Assembly: GCA_964514975.1 (NCBI GenBank)
Contig: CAZESS010000015.1
Coordinates: forward strand, 1 to 54,957
Direction of reading: 5' to 3'
Origin: an uncultured Thermoplasmatales archaeon
Lineage (GTDB): Archaea; Thermoplasmatota; E2; UBA202; DSCA01
Length of the DNA: 54,957 nucleotides
Both the position numbers and the translations under genes were made by a program. This document shows positions 33,216 through 42,642 of the stretch, one piece after another. Numbering within the stretch: position 1 is the first letter of the stretch; every line of letters starts with the position of its first letter. The notes under the pieces are model-generated. The model made no database searches, was not told the DNA's origin, and worked only from the letters and a program-made list of their open reading frames with translations.

Positions 33216-33715
33216 TCATCCCTGCCCGTTCCATGTGCCCGGCGCGGTGACATAGACAAACACGCCCATACCCCTGGTAATGGTAAACCCGGGCGGCGGC
33301 GTCACCCCGACCGTATAGGACTCAAACGTGCCGCTCGACGCGTTCCAGTAGGCAGCGATGCTGCAGTTCGGCACCGACGGGGCGAGCGAGCTCGCACTCG
33401 TTGCAGCGGCATCAAACCACCCGACCGTGTTCCAGCCCGTATAAAGGCTGACGGACACGGACGAAATCGGAAGCCCGGTCACCGAAAACGTGCCCGAGGT
33501 GTTCACATACACAAAGTAGCCGACGCCGTCCTCGATAGCGAAGCCATCACCAGGGGTGATACCCACGACAAATGACTGGAACATGCCAGCCGAGGCGTTC
33601 CAGTAGGCCACGATTTCGCAGCCCGTAATTGCCTGGCCGAGGGAACTCGCCTTGTAGTCGTTGTCGACCGGCACCGTTACCAGGTTCCAGCCCACAACGA
33701 GGTCGAGGGCAACGG
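33216..33715 (-). repeat. Shared C-terminal domain, copy C
   Basis: Near-identical at DNA level to copies A and B. Confidence 0.9.
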
Positions 33716-36692
33716 TCTGCGCTGCGCTTATCGTCATCGAAATCGGCGTGGACCATGTGCTTTCGGCACCATGGTTATCCTTCGCCCGGGCTCGCACGAC
33801 GTATGACCCATTGCTCGACCAGGCATGGGAAAACGTGTACGGTGTCCCCGAGGCAAATGGGCCGACCCAGTCGCTGGTCGTGCCGTCGCCCCATTCAACG
33901 TAGTAGTAGAGGTCGTCGCCGTCCGGGTCGGTGGCGCTCACCGTGTACGAATACGTGGTACCAGGCGACCCGCTCGCTGGACCGCTCAGCGACGGCGTGG
34001 CCGGCGGACTGTTGGTGGTCAAGATACCGCCGGAGTAACAGGTGATATGCCCGTCTCTGCCGCCGGCGACCATCTCGGCGGTGCCGTCGCCGGTAACGTC
34101 GGGAATTGCGGCGAGGGCGTCAACGGGAGACGTGTAGGGGACGGGCGTATGGAGCTGGGTGCCGTCGGTGCCGTCGAAGAAATAGCAGTAGTTGTTGCTG
34201 TACAGGGTGCCGATGAAGACGTCGTTGACGCCGTCGCCGGTGACATCTGGTGCAGCGGCAACGGAATGGCTCTGGTCGTACAGGGACTGTGTCCATATCT
34301 GGCTGCCGGTCTGACCGTCGATGACCATGGCCGTGGAACCGGTATGCGATGGAAGGATGTCGGGATGCCCGTCGCCGTTGACATCGCCGAGTGTATCGAA
34401 GCGGAGGATGAGCGTGGAGCCGATGGTGGTACTGTAGAGCTGGCTGCCGTCAGTCGCGTCGAGGCCATAGATGTTGCCGTAGCTGTAGAAGTCACCGATG
34501 ATGACGTCCCGGATGCCGTCGCCGCTGGCATCGTCTATTTCCGCGAGCGCCCAGACCGAGGTGCCGGGAACGGTAATGCTCCAATAGGTGCTGCCGGTGG
34601 CGCCGTCGATGGCGAACACATATCCTGTCGTTTCAGCCTCGTTGGAGGCGCCGGCGATGACGTCCGGCTGTCCGTCGCCCGTGGCATCCTGGATGCCGAT
34701 AACCGAGAACACGGGGCCGCCGAGCGGGCATTTCCAGATGGCGGTACCGGTGAGGCCGTCCAGACAGTAGACCCGTTTGGGTCCGGTGTCGTCGCTGTCG
34801 TCACCGGTGGCGGCGAGAACGTCTGCGACGCCGTCGCCGTTGTAGTCGTAGGTGCAGTCCACGTCATACACCCATCCGCCATTCCCGTATTCATGGGTGT
34901 CATACCGCCAGATGGTTTCACCGGTCCGGGAGGACAGCGTGTAGATTGACTTGTCGCCCCAGGGCGTCCCCACGACGATGTCAGGATATCCGTCACCGTC
35001 GACGTCGGCCTCCGTGGTGGCAACCTCCTCCTGGCGGTAGATGGAACCCGAGTATATCTCTCGCTCCCAGAGCACCGCCGGCTCACCGTCCGCGTTTCCG
35101 TTGAGACAGCGGATGTAGTTGTCCTCGGTGCAGAGAACAACATCTGCGACACCGTCGCCGTTGACGTCGGGGATGGAAAGGATGGCCTTGGCGCTCAGGT
35201 CAATCGGGCCCTCGGGGACGTCATAGTCCCATATCGTCGAGGCGATCGGATATGTCTTGTATTCGCCTGCCCCCTGCACGGATACCAGGTAGGGGTCGTC
35301 GTCCGGGTCGTTGCTGTCGATCGACAGCGTACCCGTATACGTCTCGTTGGCTGCGGGCTGGAACCAGACGGGGATGCCAACGGATTCCAGCGGCTGTAAG
35401 GTCAGCGGAAGTGAGACGGTGTCACCGACGATGAAATTGCTGTCGCTGCTGTTGATAGCCGTGATGTTCAGCGATGCATCGCCATAATTTTTCACGTTCA
35501 TCGTCCAGCGTCGATAGGCGTTGACGCGGATGGTGCCATAGGTATGCGAGGACTCCGGAACATGGATGCCGGGCCCATCATAGGTGCCATGGCCGGTCAG
35601 CGATATCTGCACGGTGGGATGAATCGGGTCGTCGCATGCCACGGTGGCGATCGCATTCAGGTCGCTCACATCGGTAGGCGCATAGTTGAGGGGCACGGAG
35701 AGCTGGTTGTTCGGTGCGATGGTAATCGGGAACGAGATACCACATGACAGGTAGGACGAGCCGGCGCCGCTGAAGGATACACCGGTAAGCTGAAGAGGAG
35801 CACTCCCGATGTTTTTGACCACCGCGTTCCAGGTCGCCTGTGTGCCGATGGTGACCAGCCCGTAGTCATGGCTGGGCGTCAGGAGCTGTATCTCCGGCGT
35901 CCCCCCGCCATAGATATCTATCTTGTACAGGTTGTCCATGCCGCCCTGTCCCTCATCGCAGTACCAGAGATAGGTGCCATCCCAGACCACGCCGGCCGGG
36001 CGGGAATATTCGGATTCATGGCTGTACACGACCGAGCCCGTGCTGGCGTTGACCTGGTACAGGGTGTCAGCCCAGTAGTCGGCCACCCAGAGCGTGTCAT
36101 TGTGAACGCAGAGGTCCCATGGCTGGTCGTCCGGCGCCGGATAATCAGTGAGAATGGTTCCCTGGTCGTCCACCTTGTAGATGTGTCCCTCGGGGTTGTA
36201 ATAGGTGGAAACCCAGAAGTCGCCGTCGTCATGGGCGATACCCGACATATACCGGTCGGGAAGATCAAACGTCGCCGTCTGTGTGCCGTTCATGTCGAAC
36301 TGGATGGCGGTGGCGGGGTCGCTCGGATGGTCAGTGGTCCAGAAATGCGTGCCATCATGGGTGAGGCCGTATGCATCTCCCTGCGGACCGGTGCACTGCA
36401 ACGTGTAGCTGCCCGTGGCGGGGTCGATGCGGTAGACCTGGTCACCGTTTGAGCCATAGATGCCGCAGTACAGATAGGTTCCATCGTAGGCAAGGCCGGA
36501 TGCCCCGTCAGGTATCTGGTATACATCGAGAATGGTCCACGCCCGGTCGGACTGCAGGGGTGCCATCTGGTCCTGCACGGAGGCATCCTCGGCTCTGGCG
36601 CCCATGGGTGCATGTTGCACCGTGTTCGCCAGCACAAAAACAATGCCCACACATATCACAATGCCCAATAAACGAGATGTCTTCCCACACAT
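33216..36692 (-). CDS. Secreted multidomain protein: N-terminal beta-propeller, two ASH/choice-of-anchor-D-like Ig domains, FG-GAP/PQQ-like repeats, PKD, shared C-terminal domain
   Basis: GLAYDGTYL/GLTHDGTHFW propeller blades; KNIGSAPLQLTGV and KNYGDASLNITAI; repeated D(V/A)xGDGxxD(V/I); YYVEWGDG. Start moved to MCGKTS after RBS GGGGAG. Confidence 0.85.
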   Translation of the reverse strand: MCGKTSRLLGIVICVGIVFVLANTVQHAPMGARAEDASVQDQMAPLQSDRAWTILDVYQIPDGASGLAYDGTYLYCGIYGSNGDQVYRIDPATGSYTLQCTGPQGDAYGLTHDGTHFWTTDHPSDPATAIQFDMNGTQTATFDLPDRYMSGIAHDDGDFWVSTYYNPEGHIYKVDDQGTILTDYPAPDDQPWDLCVHNDTLWVADYWADTLYQVNASTGSVVYSHESEYSRPAGVVWDGTYLWYCDEGQGGMDNLYKIDIYGGGTPEIQLLTPSHDYGLVTIGTQATWNAVVKNIGSAPLQLTGVSFSGAGSSYLSCGISFPITIAPNNQLSVPLNYAPTDVSDLNAIATVACDDPIHPTVQISLTGHGTYDGPGIHVPESSHTYGTIRVNAYRRWTMNVKNYGDASLNITAINSSDSNFIVGDTVSLPLTLQPLESVGIPVWFQPAANETYTGTLSIDSNDPDDDPYLVSVQGAGEYKTYPIASTIWDYDVPEGPIDLSAKAILSIPDVNGDGVADVVLCTEDNYIRCLNGNADGEPAVLWEREIYSGSIYRQEEVATTEADVDGDGYPDIVVGTPWGDKSIYTLSSRTGETIWRYDTHEYGNGGWVYDVDCTYDYNGDGVADVLAATGDDSDDTGPKRVYCLDGLTGTAIWKCPLGGPVFSVIGIQDATGDGQPDVIAGASNEAETTGYVFAIDGATGSTYWSITVPGTSVWALAEIDDASGDGIRDVIIGDFYSYGNIYGLDATDGSQLYSTTIGSTLILRFDTLGDVNGDGHPDILPSHTGSTAMVIDGQTGSQIWTQSLYDQSHSVAAAPDVTGDGVNDVFIGTLYSNNYCYFFDGTDGTQLHTPVPYTSPVDALAAIPDVTGDGTAEMVAGGRDGHITCYSGGILTTNSPPATPSLSGPASGSPGTTYSYTVSATDPDGDDLYYYVEWGDGTTSDWVGPFASGTPYTFSHAWSSNGSYVVRARAKDNHGAESTWSTPISMTISAAQTVALDLVVGWNLVTVPVDNDYKASSLGQAITGCEIVAYWNASAGMFQSFVVGITPGDGFAIEDGVGYFVYVNTSGTFSVTGLPISSVSVSLYTGWNTVGWFDAAATSASSLAPSVPNCSIAAYWNASSGTFESYTVGVTPPPGFTITRGMGVFVYVTAPGTWNGQG

Positions 36693-36769
36693 GGTGTAAC
36701 ATCTCCCCGGCATTTTTAACATTTTCTAACGCATAATGAAACCTGCATGATGCATGGATAGAAAAAGGG

Positions 36770-37270
36770 CTATCCTCCACCATGCCACACGCCAGGCTTC
36801 GTCACATAGACAAAGATGCCCATGCCCCGCTCGATGCGGAAGGCAGCAGAAGGTGGACTCACCCCGACCAGATAGGATGCAAACGTGCTGCTCGACGCGT
36901 TCCAGTAGGCCACGATGGTGCAGTTGCCGACGGCGCCGCCCAGGCTGCTGGCATTTGTTGCCGTTGTATTGTACCAGCCGAGGGTGTTCCAGCCCGTGTA
37001 GAGGTCAACTGAGACATTCGATATCGGGTTGTCTACCACGCTGAAAATGCCATAGCAGTACATATAAATGAAGTAGCCCACACCATCATCGATGGCGAAA
37101 CCATCTCCGGGCGTCACACCAACCACATATGACTCGAAGGCGCCAGCAGAGGCGTTCCATCGGGAGACGATGCTGCAGCCCGAAAGGTTTTGGCCAAGGG
37201 AAGCAGCCGTATATGTGTTTCCACCGGGGTTAGTAATGAGGTTCCAGCCATGGGATACATAAGCAGTGTA
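36770..37270 (-). repeat. Shared C-terminal domain, copy D (more diverged)
   Basis: GWNLITNP..WNASAGAFESYVVGVTPGDGFAIDDGVGYF..GWNTLGWY..GMGIFVYVT. Confidence 0.85.
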
Positions 37271-40200
37271 AAACCCGTCATCGATGGTCCAAGCCACAGC
37301 GTCGGCATGCCCGTTTCCAGCATCCGCCGTTAAAACAGCCATTCCATCGGTATGTCCGGAGCTAAACATAACTGACTTTCCCTGTGTCGCATTGATTGAT
37401 GCAGTGGCATCCGTGGTGTTAAGAGACCAGTTGGCATCGACAAATTCGAGGAATCCGTAGGTCGAATTGAAAGCGGCGGCATGACATGAGAATGAACAGT
37501 TGGTTGAAAGGATGCCACTGGCTATTTCGTTTTGGGATTCAAAAACGATGGCTATGCTGTCAATGGAAACTACGACGGCCTGTCGGGCCACGATATCAAT
37601 GGCACCATCGTCATCCATGACGGTGAGCTGTACCAGGTAGGTACCGGCATCAGCATAGCTATGGGTTACCTGCTCACCATACAATACTGTGCCATCTCCC
37701 ATATACCATGTCCAGTTGAAAATTGAGCCATCGAGATCGCTGCTGGTACAATTGAAAAAGACGAGCTCTGAGACAGTTGGATAGCTAGGCTCGAAGACAA
37801 AGCTAGCTGTAGGGGGCGCATTGCTCACGCCGATTATTTGACTGGCAGTATCTGCAGCCCCGCCATCATCTGTTACGGTCAATGTCACATTGTAGCTCCC
37901 GTCATCGGTGTAGCTATGCGTCACCTGCTCACCGTACAGGATGGCACCGTCACCCAGCTGCCAGGTCCAGTTGACAATTGAGCCATCGCTATCGTTTGAT
38001 GTGCTGTTGAAGTAGACCTTGTCAGCCGTCGTTAGATCTGTTGGTTCAACGGTAAACCCTGCAACAGGAGCATAGTTAGGCTCAACTAATGGATGGTAGT
38101 CCCCGTCGTTTTGGATATTACCGGAGTTGTTGTAAGGAAGATAGGTATCCCCGAGGTGGTCACCGTCTGTATCTATGCCAGTGTAATCGCTCCAGTAGTT
38201 GCCGCCGATATATGGCCCTCCGATGATGTTTGCCTCCGACGTTTTGGTGACATTCCATGTATTGTTTCCGGCATCCCATGCATTGCAGGAATTGTTGAAA
38301 TAGTTGTCGTAAAGCAGGTTATGGTCGGCCTGCGGGCCAAGATACACGCCGCTATCGGTATTGCCTGTAATGGTGGTATGTACCACCTCGTTCCATTCGG
38401 AGATGGCGTAAAAATACATGCCATATGAATTATTTTCTGATATGGTGTTTTTTATTAGATTGTAGGAAGAATTCGCAAGGTTTATGCCGATAAGGTCAGC
38501 ATTGACCACGGTGCTATTCGCTATGGTATTATACGGGGAGGTATCAAGATATATCCCGTACTCACCGCCGTGTATCGTATTGTTCATAAGCATGTTGTAG
38601 GAAGATTCGCCGAGATAGATGCTGCTTCCACTGTTGTGCTGCAGACATGTACACGCAAGCGTGTTATTGTGTGAATCAGTCCATATTGAAACACCACCCC
38701 ATCCGTTGTTGCGGACCATGTTGTGGCGGAGAGAATTATTTGATGCATACCGGAGCTGAAGTCCATGGGCATCGTTGTCGTTCGCCGTATTATATTCGAG
38801 AGTGTTGTTTCGTGAAAATGCCGATATGGTGCCATACAATACAATGCCGTCGCTTCCGTACACCGCTTCGCCGCTGTTGTTACATGCGGAATTGTTGACA
38901 AGGGTGTTGTTCGATGAGATATACAGGAAAATACCGTCGTCATAATTGTTATCAGCGGTATTCGCACGGAGGGTATTATTCGACGAATCGATCAGGTTGA
39001 TACCAACCTCATCATTGAAGTTAACCAAGTTGTTTACGAGGGTGTTGTCATGCGAGCAGTAAATACAGATGCCCTTCCCGATATCGTCCCCAAGCACGTT
39101 CCCCGTATGGTGATGTACGGTGTTGTTGGTTATACAGAGGAGGGAGGAAGCATCCAGGTATATGCCATGCTGGGTGTTATTATAAATGGTATTTGCATGA
39201 ACGAGGGCGGTATTGGCCGATAACAGATAGACACCGTCCTCGCCGTTATTGAAAATAGTGTTCGCGGTTATATTCGTACCGGAGGATGTTTCCACAATCA
39301 CACCGTCGTAGGTGTTGTTATAGAGGACATTGTATGCAACGGTGTTGTCGTTGCTATTGGTTGAGATAACGATACCGGCGTCGGCGTTGCCAGAGCATGT
39401 GTTGTTGGCAATGGTGTTGTTACAGCTTGATGGTTCCGCGATAATACCGCTTTCACCGTTGGCATGACAGGTGTTGTTCGCGATAATACAAAACCGGGAA
39501 TGCAAAAGCAGGATGCCCTCGCCGTTGGTACCAATGCCGTTCCAAGAACAGGTGGTTCCAGTGACAAGAGTATAGTTGGCGTACTCCAGCAACACCCCAC
39601 CATAGGAGTTATTATGCATCCTGCAGTTCTCTATCCTGTTGCCCCGCCCGCGCTCAACCAGGATGCCAACGTCGCCGTTACCGGACACTTCCACGTTCTT
39701 GATACTGCAGTTATGTGCTCTATCAAGGTACATGCCCTCTTGGCCGCCGTGCTGTATGAGGAACCCCGAAATGTTCACCCCATTCCCCGTTATTGTGACC
39801 ACGTCACCATTTCCACCGCTATTGACAACGGCGCCATGCGTGTCCTCACCAACCAAATCAATCGTCTTATTGACCGCCACGTTCTCATAATAGGTGCCAT
39901 TGGCCACGTGCACGGTTCCGTTGACGGCAACGGCGTCGATGCCGTCCTGGATGACATCGAACCGGTCGGTCTGCCAGCCAGGCGTCGAGGCATTAAAGTC
40001 GTCGTCGACATAGACGATGGATGGCATGTCCGCAGGCCGTTCGTATGGCCCGATGTCGATGGCGGTGCCCTGCGGCCGGCTGCGGTGGTCGAGGTCGACC
40101 GATGGCGCCATGAGGGAGGTGCCGGCGTCCACCGCCGGGCTACCCGCTGTCAGGTGATAGTCGTAGGTGGAGGCATCGGTGAACAGCGGGTTGGCGTAGC

Positions 40201-42523
40201 TGCTGTTGTAGCCGCAGCCGGAAAGGTTGTGCCATGTTCCGTCGTTGATGTCGTATTTGCTGAACGTCCGCCCGAGGAAGGCGGCGTCGATGACGTCGTT
40301 CTCCCGGTAGGGGTTGTAGTAGAGGTTGTGGTCTGCGGTGAGGCTGACGTTGCCGCCGAGGTAGAGGGTGGTGCCGGCCATGTCGGGGTCGTCATTGTAA
40401 AAAATGGTGTTGCATACGGTGACAGGCGTTGCCGATCCGGTGCTGTAGCCCATTTCGGCGAGGTAGCCGTAGCTGTCCCGGCTGGCGAACAGGCAGTTTG
40501 TGATGGTGTAGCTGCCGCCTGTTTCCAGGACCAGGTTGACCAGGCCGCTGTTGGAGGAAAGACAGTTTGTCAGGCTGCTGTTGTCGCCCCAGAGCTTGAT
40601 GTTGTTGCGGCTGTTGTCCCGGGCGATGCAGCGGCGCAGCGTCGTGTTATCGGATTTGAAGTCGAAGCCGTCTCCGGGGTGGCCGATGGCCAGGCAGTCC
40701 TCAACGGTGACATTGGTACCGTATTCGACGGCGAATCCGTCCACGGCGGTGTTGCTGCCGTTTCCAGGGCCGAAAAATGTGACGTTGCGGATGGCGATGT
40801 TTATGCCCGGGCCGTTGGGCCCGCAGTCGAAGCCCGCGCTGTCATAGGTGTGGGCGGTGATGTTTTCCAGGTGGATGTCGGTGCCCCCCTGGTTGAACTT
40901 GATAGGGGTGCCGACCAGGGAGAACTCGAGGTTGCGGAGGGTTATGTTGGTGCTGCTGTACCACGATACGAAGCCGAAGCCCCGGAGCCCGTTGCGGATG
41001 TAGTCTGTGATTGTCAGGTTCTGGATGACGAGGTGGTCGGCGCCGCCGATGTCGATACCGTACCGCCAGTTCAGGCCGCTGCCGTTCAGAACAACTGTTT
41101 CGCCGGGGTAGCCCTGCAGGGTTATCGGGTATCCGGGGATGCCGCTCGTGTTGGTGCCCAGGTATTCGTTGTAGGTGCCATCGCGCACCAGGATGGTGTC
41201 CCCCACCGTTGCCGTGTCGAGGGCGTGCTGGATGGTAGCCCATGGCTGGGTGATGGTGCCCTGGTTGCTGTCGCTGCCGCTGGTGGCGACGTAGTAGGTG
41301 TGTGCGGTGATGGTGAAGTCGTGGCCGGTGGAGCTGTTGCTGTATCCGAGGGTGTCGTTTACCCATATGGCGTAGGTGTAGGAGCCGGGGAAGGGATAGG
41401 TGGTGTTGCAGTAGTAGGTGCTGCCGGTGACGTTGCCCGTGATGGACATGTTCCGGTTGTATCCACCTGGCCCCATCACGTGCAGATAAACGTCCTGGAT
41501 GCCGTCCGGGTCGGTCACGGTGCAGGATATGTTGACCGCGCCGCCTTCGTCCTGCGGGTCGGGGGATGCCGTGATGTCGGTGATGACTGGCGGCGTGCTG
41601 TCGGAGGCGTTGAACGCGTTCCATGCGGTGTCGATGAAGCTGCCGGGATTGGTGGCATATATCTGCGTTGAGTTCTGGTTGGCAGCGGTGTTTGGATGCG
41701 AGTTGCCGCTTTCGCCGCCGTATTCGGCCCGGAGGCGGTTGGGATGGCTGGTGTGGTTGTCCGGGTAGGCGAGGATGTCGAACCAGTCGAAGACCGCGAC
41801 GTTGTCGAGGGCGGGGTGAGCCGCGTTGTAGCCGGTGAGCCAGTCCTGTTTCAGCCAGGTGTTGAACACCCGGGCGCGGTGTGCCTCGGCATCGTTGGTT
41901 GCGTCTGAGGGAGCATAATGGCGGGGCGGGGCGGTAACGGGGATGAACAGGATGTCTGGATGCGCCGCGAATATGTCCTCGAGCGGCTGGTAGATGTAGC
42001 CGCCGTGGGTGTAGGTGTGCCCGGTGCCGTTGGGATGCCGGTAGACGGCCTTGTAGTTGGCAATGGTCTGGGTGCCGCTGAACGGGTCGCCGGGCTCGGT
42101 GCCGTTGGAGACGATGTTGCTGATGGGGTAGCAGCTTTTGAACATGATGATGTGGTTGACGCCGTCTGCGCAGCCATGGGTATGCACTCCACCGAGGTAG
42201 TCGTTGAACCAGTGTATCCAGTGGTCCATGTCGGTCCGGTCTCCCGGGGCTGGCGCCAGCGAGTCGGGTCTGCCCGTGTCGGGCGGGATGTCCGTGCCAT
42301 AGTAGATGTCGTTGCGTTCGTCGACATAGGTTTTTGCGAGCAGCGCGCTGTGGAGGCCATCGCTGAGCCAGTTCCGGCCGCATGAGTGATGGATGAACAC
42401 CAGGTCGTCTGATGCCCCGCAGGGGTGGCCGTCTTTTTGCATGCCGCTGGTGTGATGCGGGACGAGGAGGGAGAGAAGGAGGACGGCGGCGAGGCAGGCC
42501 GCCACCAGCATCATTTTTTTCAT
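36770..42523 (-). CDS. Secreted multidomain protein (1917 aa): putative SGNH-like domain, Ig, two beta-helix regions, two PKD domains, shared C-terminal domain
   Basis: Signal peptide; YYVATSGSDSNQGTITQPWATIQHA cap; Asn-rich GIxL..SxNN repeats; WTWQLGDG and WTWYMGDG PKD motifs. Confidence 0.85.
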   Translation of the reverse strand: MKKMMLVAACLAAVLLLSLLVPHHTSGMQKDGHPCGASDDLVFIHHSCGRNWLSDGLHSALLAKTYVDERNDIYYGTDIPPDTGRPDSLAPAPGDRTDMDHWIHWFNDYLGGVHTHGCADGVNHIIMFKSCYPISNIVSNGTEPGDPFSGTQTIANYKAVYRHPNGTGHTYTHGGYIYQPLEDIFAAHPDILFIPVTAPPRHYAPSDATNDAEAHRARVFNTWLKQDWLTGYNAAHPALDNVAVFDWFDILAYPDNHTSHPNRLRAEYGGESGNSHPNTAANQNSTQIYATNPGSFIDTAWNAFNASDSTPPVITDITASPDPQDEGGAVNISCTVTDPDGIQDVYLHVMGPGGYNRNMSITGNVTGSTYYCNTTYPFPGSYTYAIWVNDTLGYSNSSTGHDFTITAHTYYVATSGSDSNQGTITQPWATIQHALDTATVGDTILVRDGTYNEYLGTNTSGIPGYPITLQGYPGETVVLNGSGLNWRYGIDIGGADHLVIQNLTITDYIRNGLRGFGFVSWYSSTNITLRNLEFSLVGTPIKFNQGGTDIHLENITAHTYDSAGFDCGPNGPGINIAIRNVTFFGPGNGSNTAVDGFAVEYGTNVTVEDCLAIGHPGDGFDFKSDNTTLRRCIARDNSRNNIKLWGDNSSLTNCLSSNSGLVNLVLETGGSYTITNCLFASRDSYGYLAEMGYSTGSATPVTVCNTIFYNDDPDMAGTTLYLGGNVSLTADHNLYYNPYRENDVIDAAFLGRTFSKYDINDGTWHNLSGCGYNSSYANPLFTDASTYDYHLTAGSPAVDAGTSLMAPSVDLDHRSRPQGTAIDIGPYERPADMPSIVYVDDDFNASTPGWQTDRFDVIQDGIDAVAVNGTVHVANGTYYENVAVNKTIDLVGEDTHGAVVNSGGNGDVVTITGNGVNISGFLIQHGGQEGMYLDRAHNCSIKNVEVSGNGDVGILVERGRGNRIENCRMHNNSYGGVLLEYANYTLVTGTTCSWNGIGTNGEGILLLHSRFCIIANNTCHANGESGIIAEPSSCNNTIANNTCSGNADAGIVISTNSNDNTVAYNVLYNNTYDGVIVETSSGTNITANTIFNNGEDGVYLLSANTALVHANTIYNNTQHGIYLDASSLLCITNNTVHHHTGNVLGDDIGKGICIYCSHDNTLVNNLVNFNDEVGINLIDSSNNTLRANTADNNYDDGIFLYISSNNTLVNNSACNNSGEAVYGSDGIVLYGTISAFSRNNTLEYNTANDNDAHGLQLRYASNNSLRHNMVRNNGWGGVSIWTDSHNNTLACTCLQHNSGSSIYLGESSYNMLMNNTIHGGEYGIYLDTSPYNTIANSTVVNADLIGINLANSSYNLIKNTISENNSYGMYFYAISEWNEVVHTTITGNTDSGVYLGPQADHNLLYDNYFNNSCNAWDAGNNTWNVTKTSEANIIGGPYIGGNYWSDYTGIDTDGDHLGDTYLPYNNSGNIQNDGDYHPLVEPNYAPVAGFTVEPTDLTTADKVYFNSTSNDSDGSIVNWTWQLGDGAILYGEQVTHSYTDDGSYNVTLTVTDDGGAADTASQIIGVSNAPPTASFVFEPSYPTVSELVFFNCTSSDLDGSIFNWTWYMGDGTVLYGEQVTHSYADAGTYLVQLTVMDDDGAIDIVARQAVVVSIDSIAIVFESQNEIASGILSTNCSFSCHAAAFNSTYGFLEFVDANWSLNTTDATASINATQGKSVMFSSGHTDGMAVLTADAGNGHADAVAWTIDDGFYTAYVSHGWNLITNPGGNTYTAASLGQNLSGCSIVSRWNASAGAFESYVVGVTPGDGFAIDDGVGYFIYMYCYGIFSVVDNPISNVSVDLYTGWNTLGWYNTTATNASSLGGAVGNCTIVAYWNASSSTFASYLVGVSPPSAAFRIERGMGIFVYVTKPGVWHGGG

Positions 42524-42642
42524 TGGTTCACGTATACATTATGTGCCCGAGTGAACAAATATTTTTCGAAAGGCATGGCGGCACCGGTTTTCCACATGTC
42601 CGGGCTGCAAATCACTATATAGCATGGGATGATACGGACATC

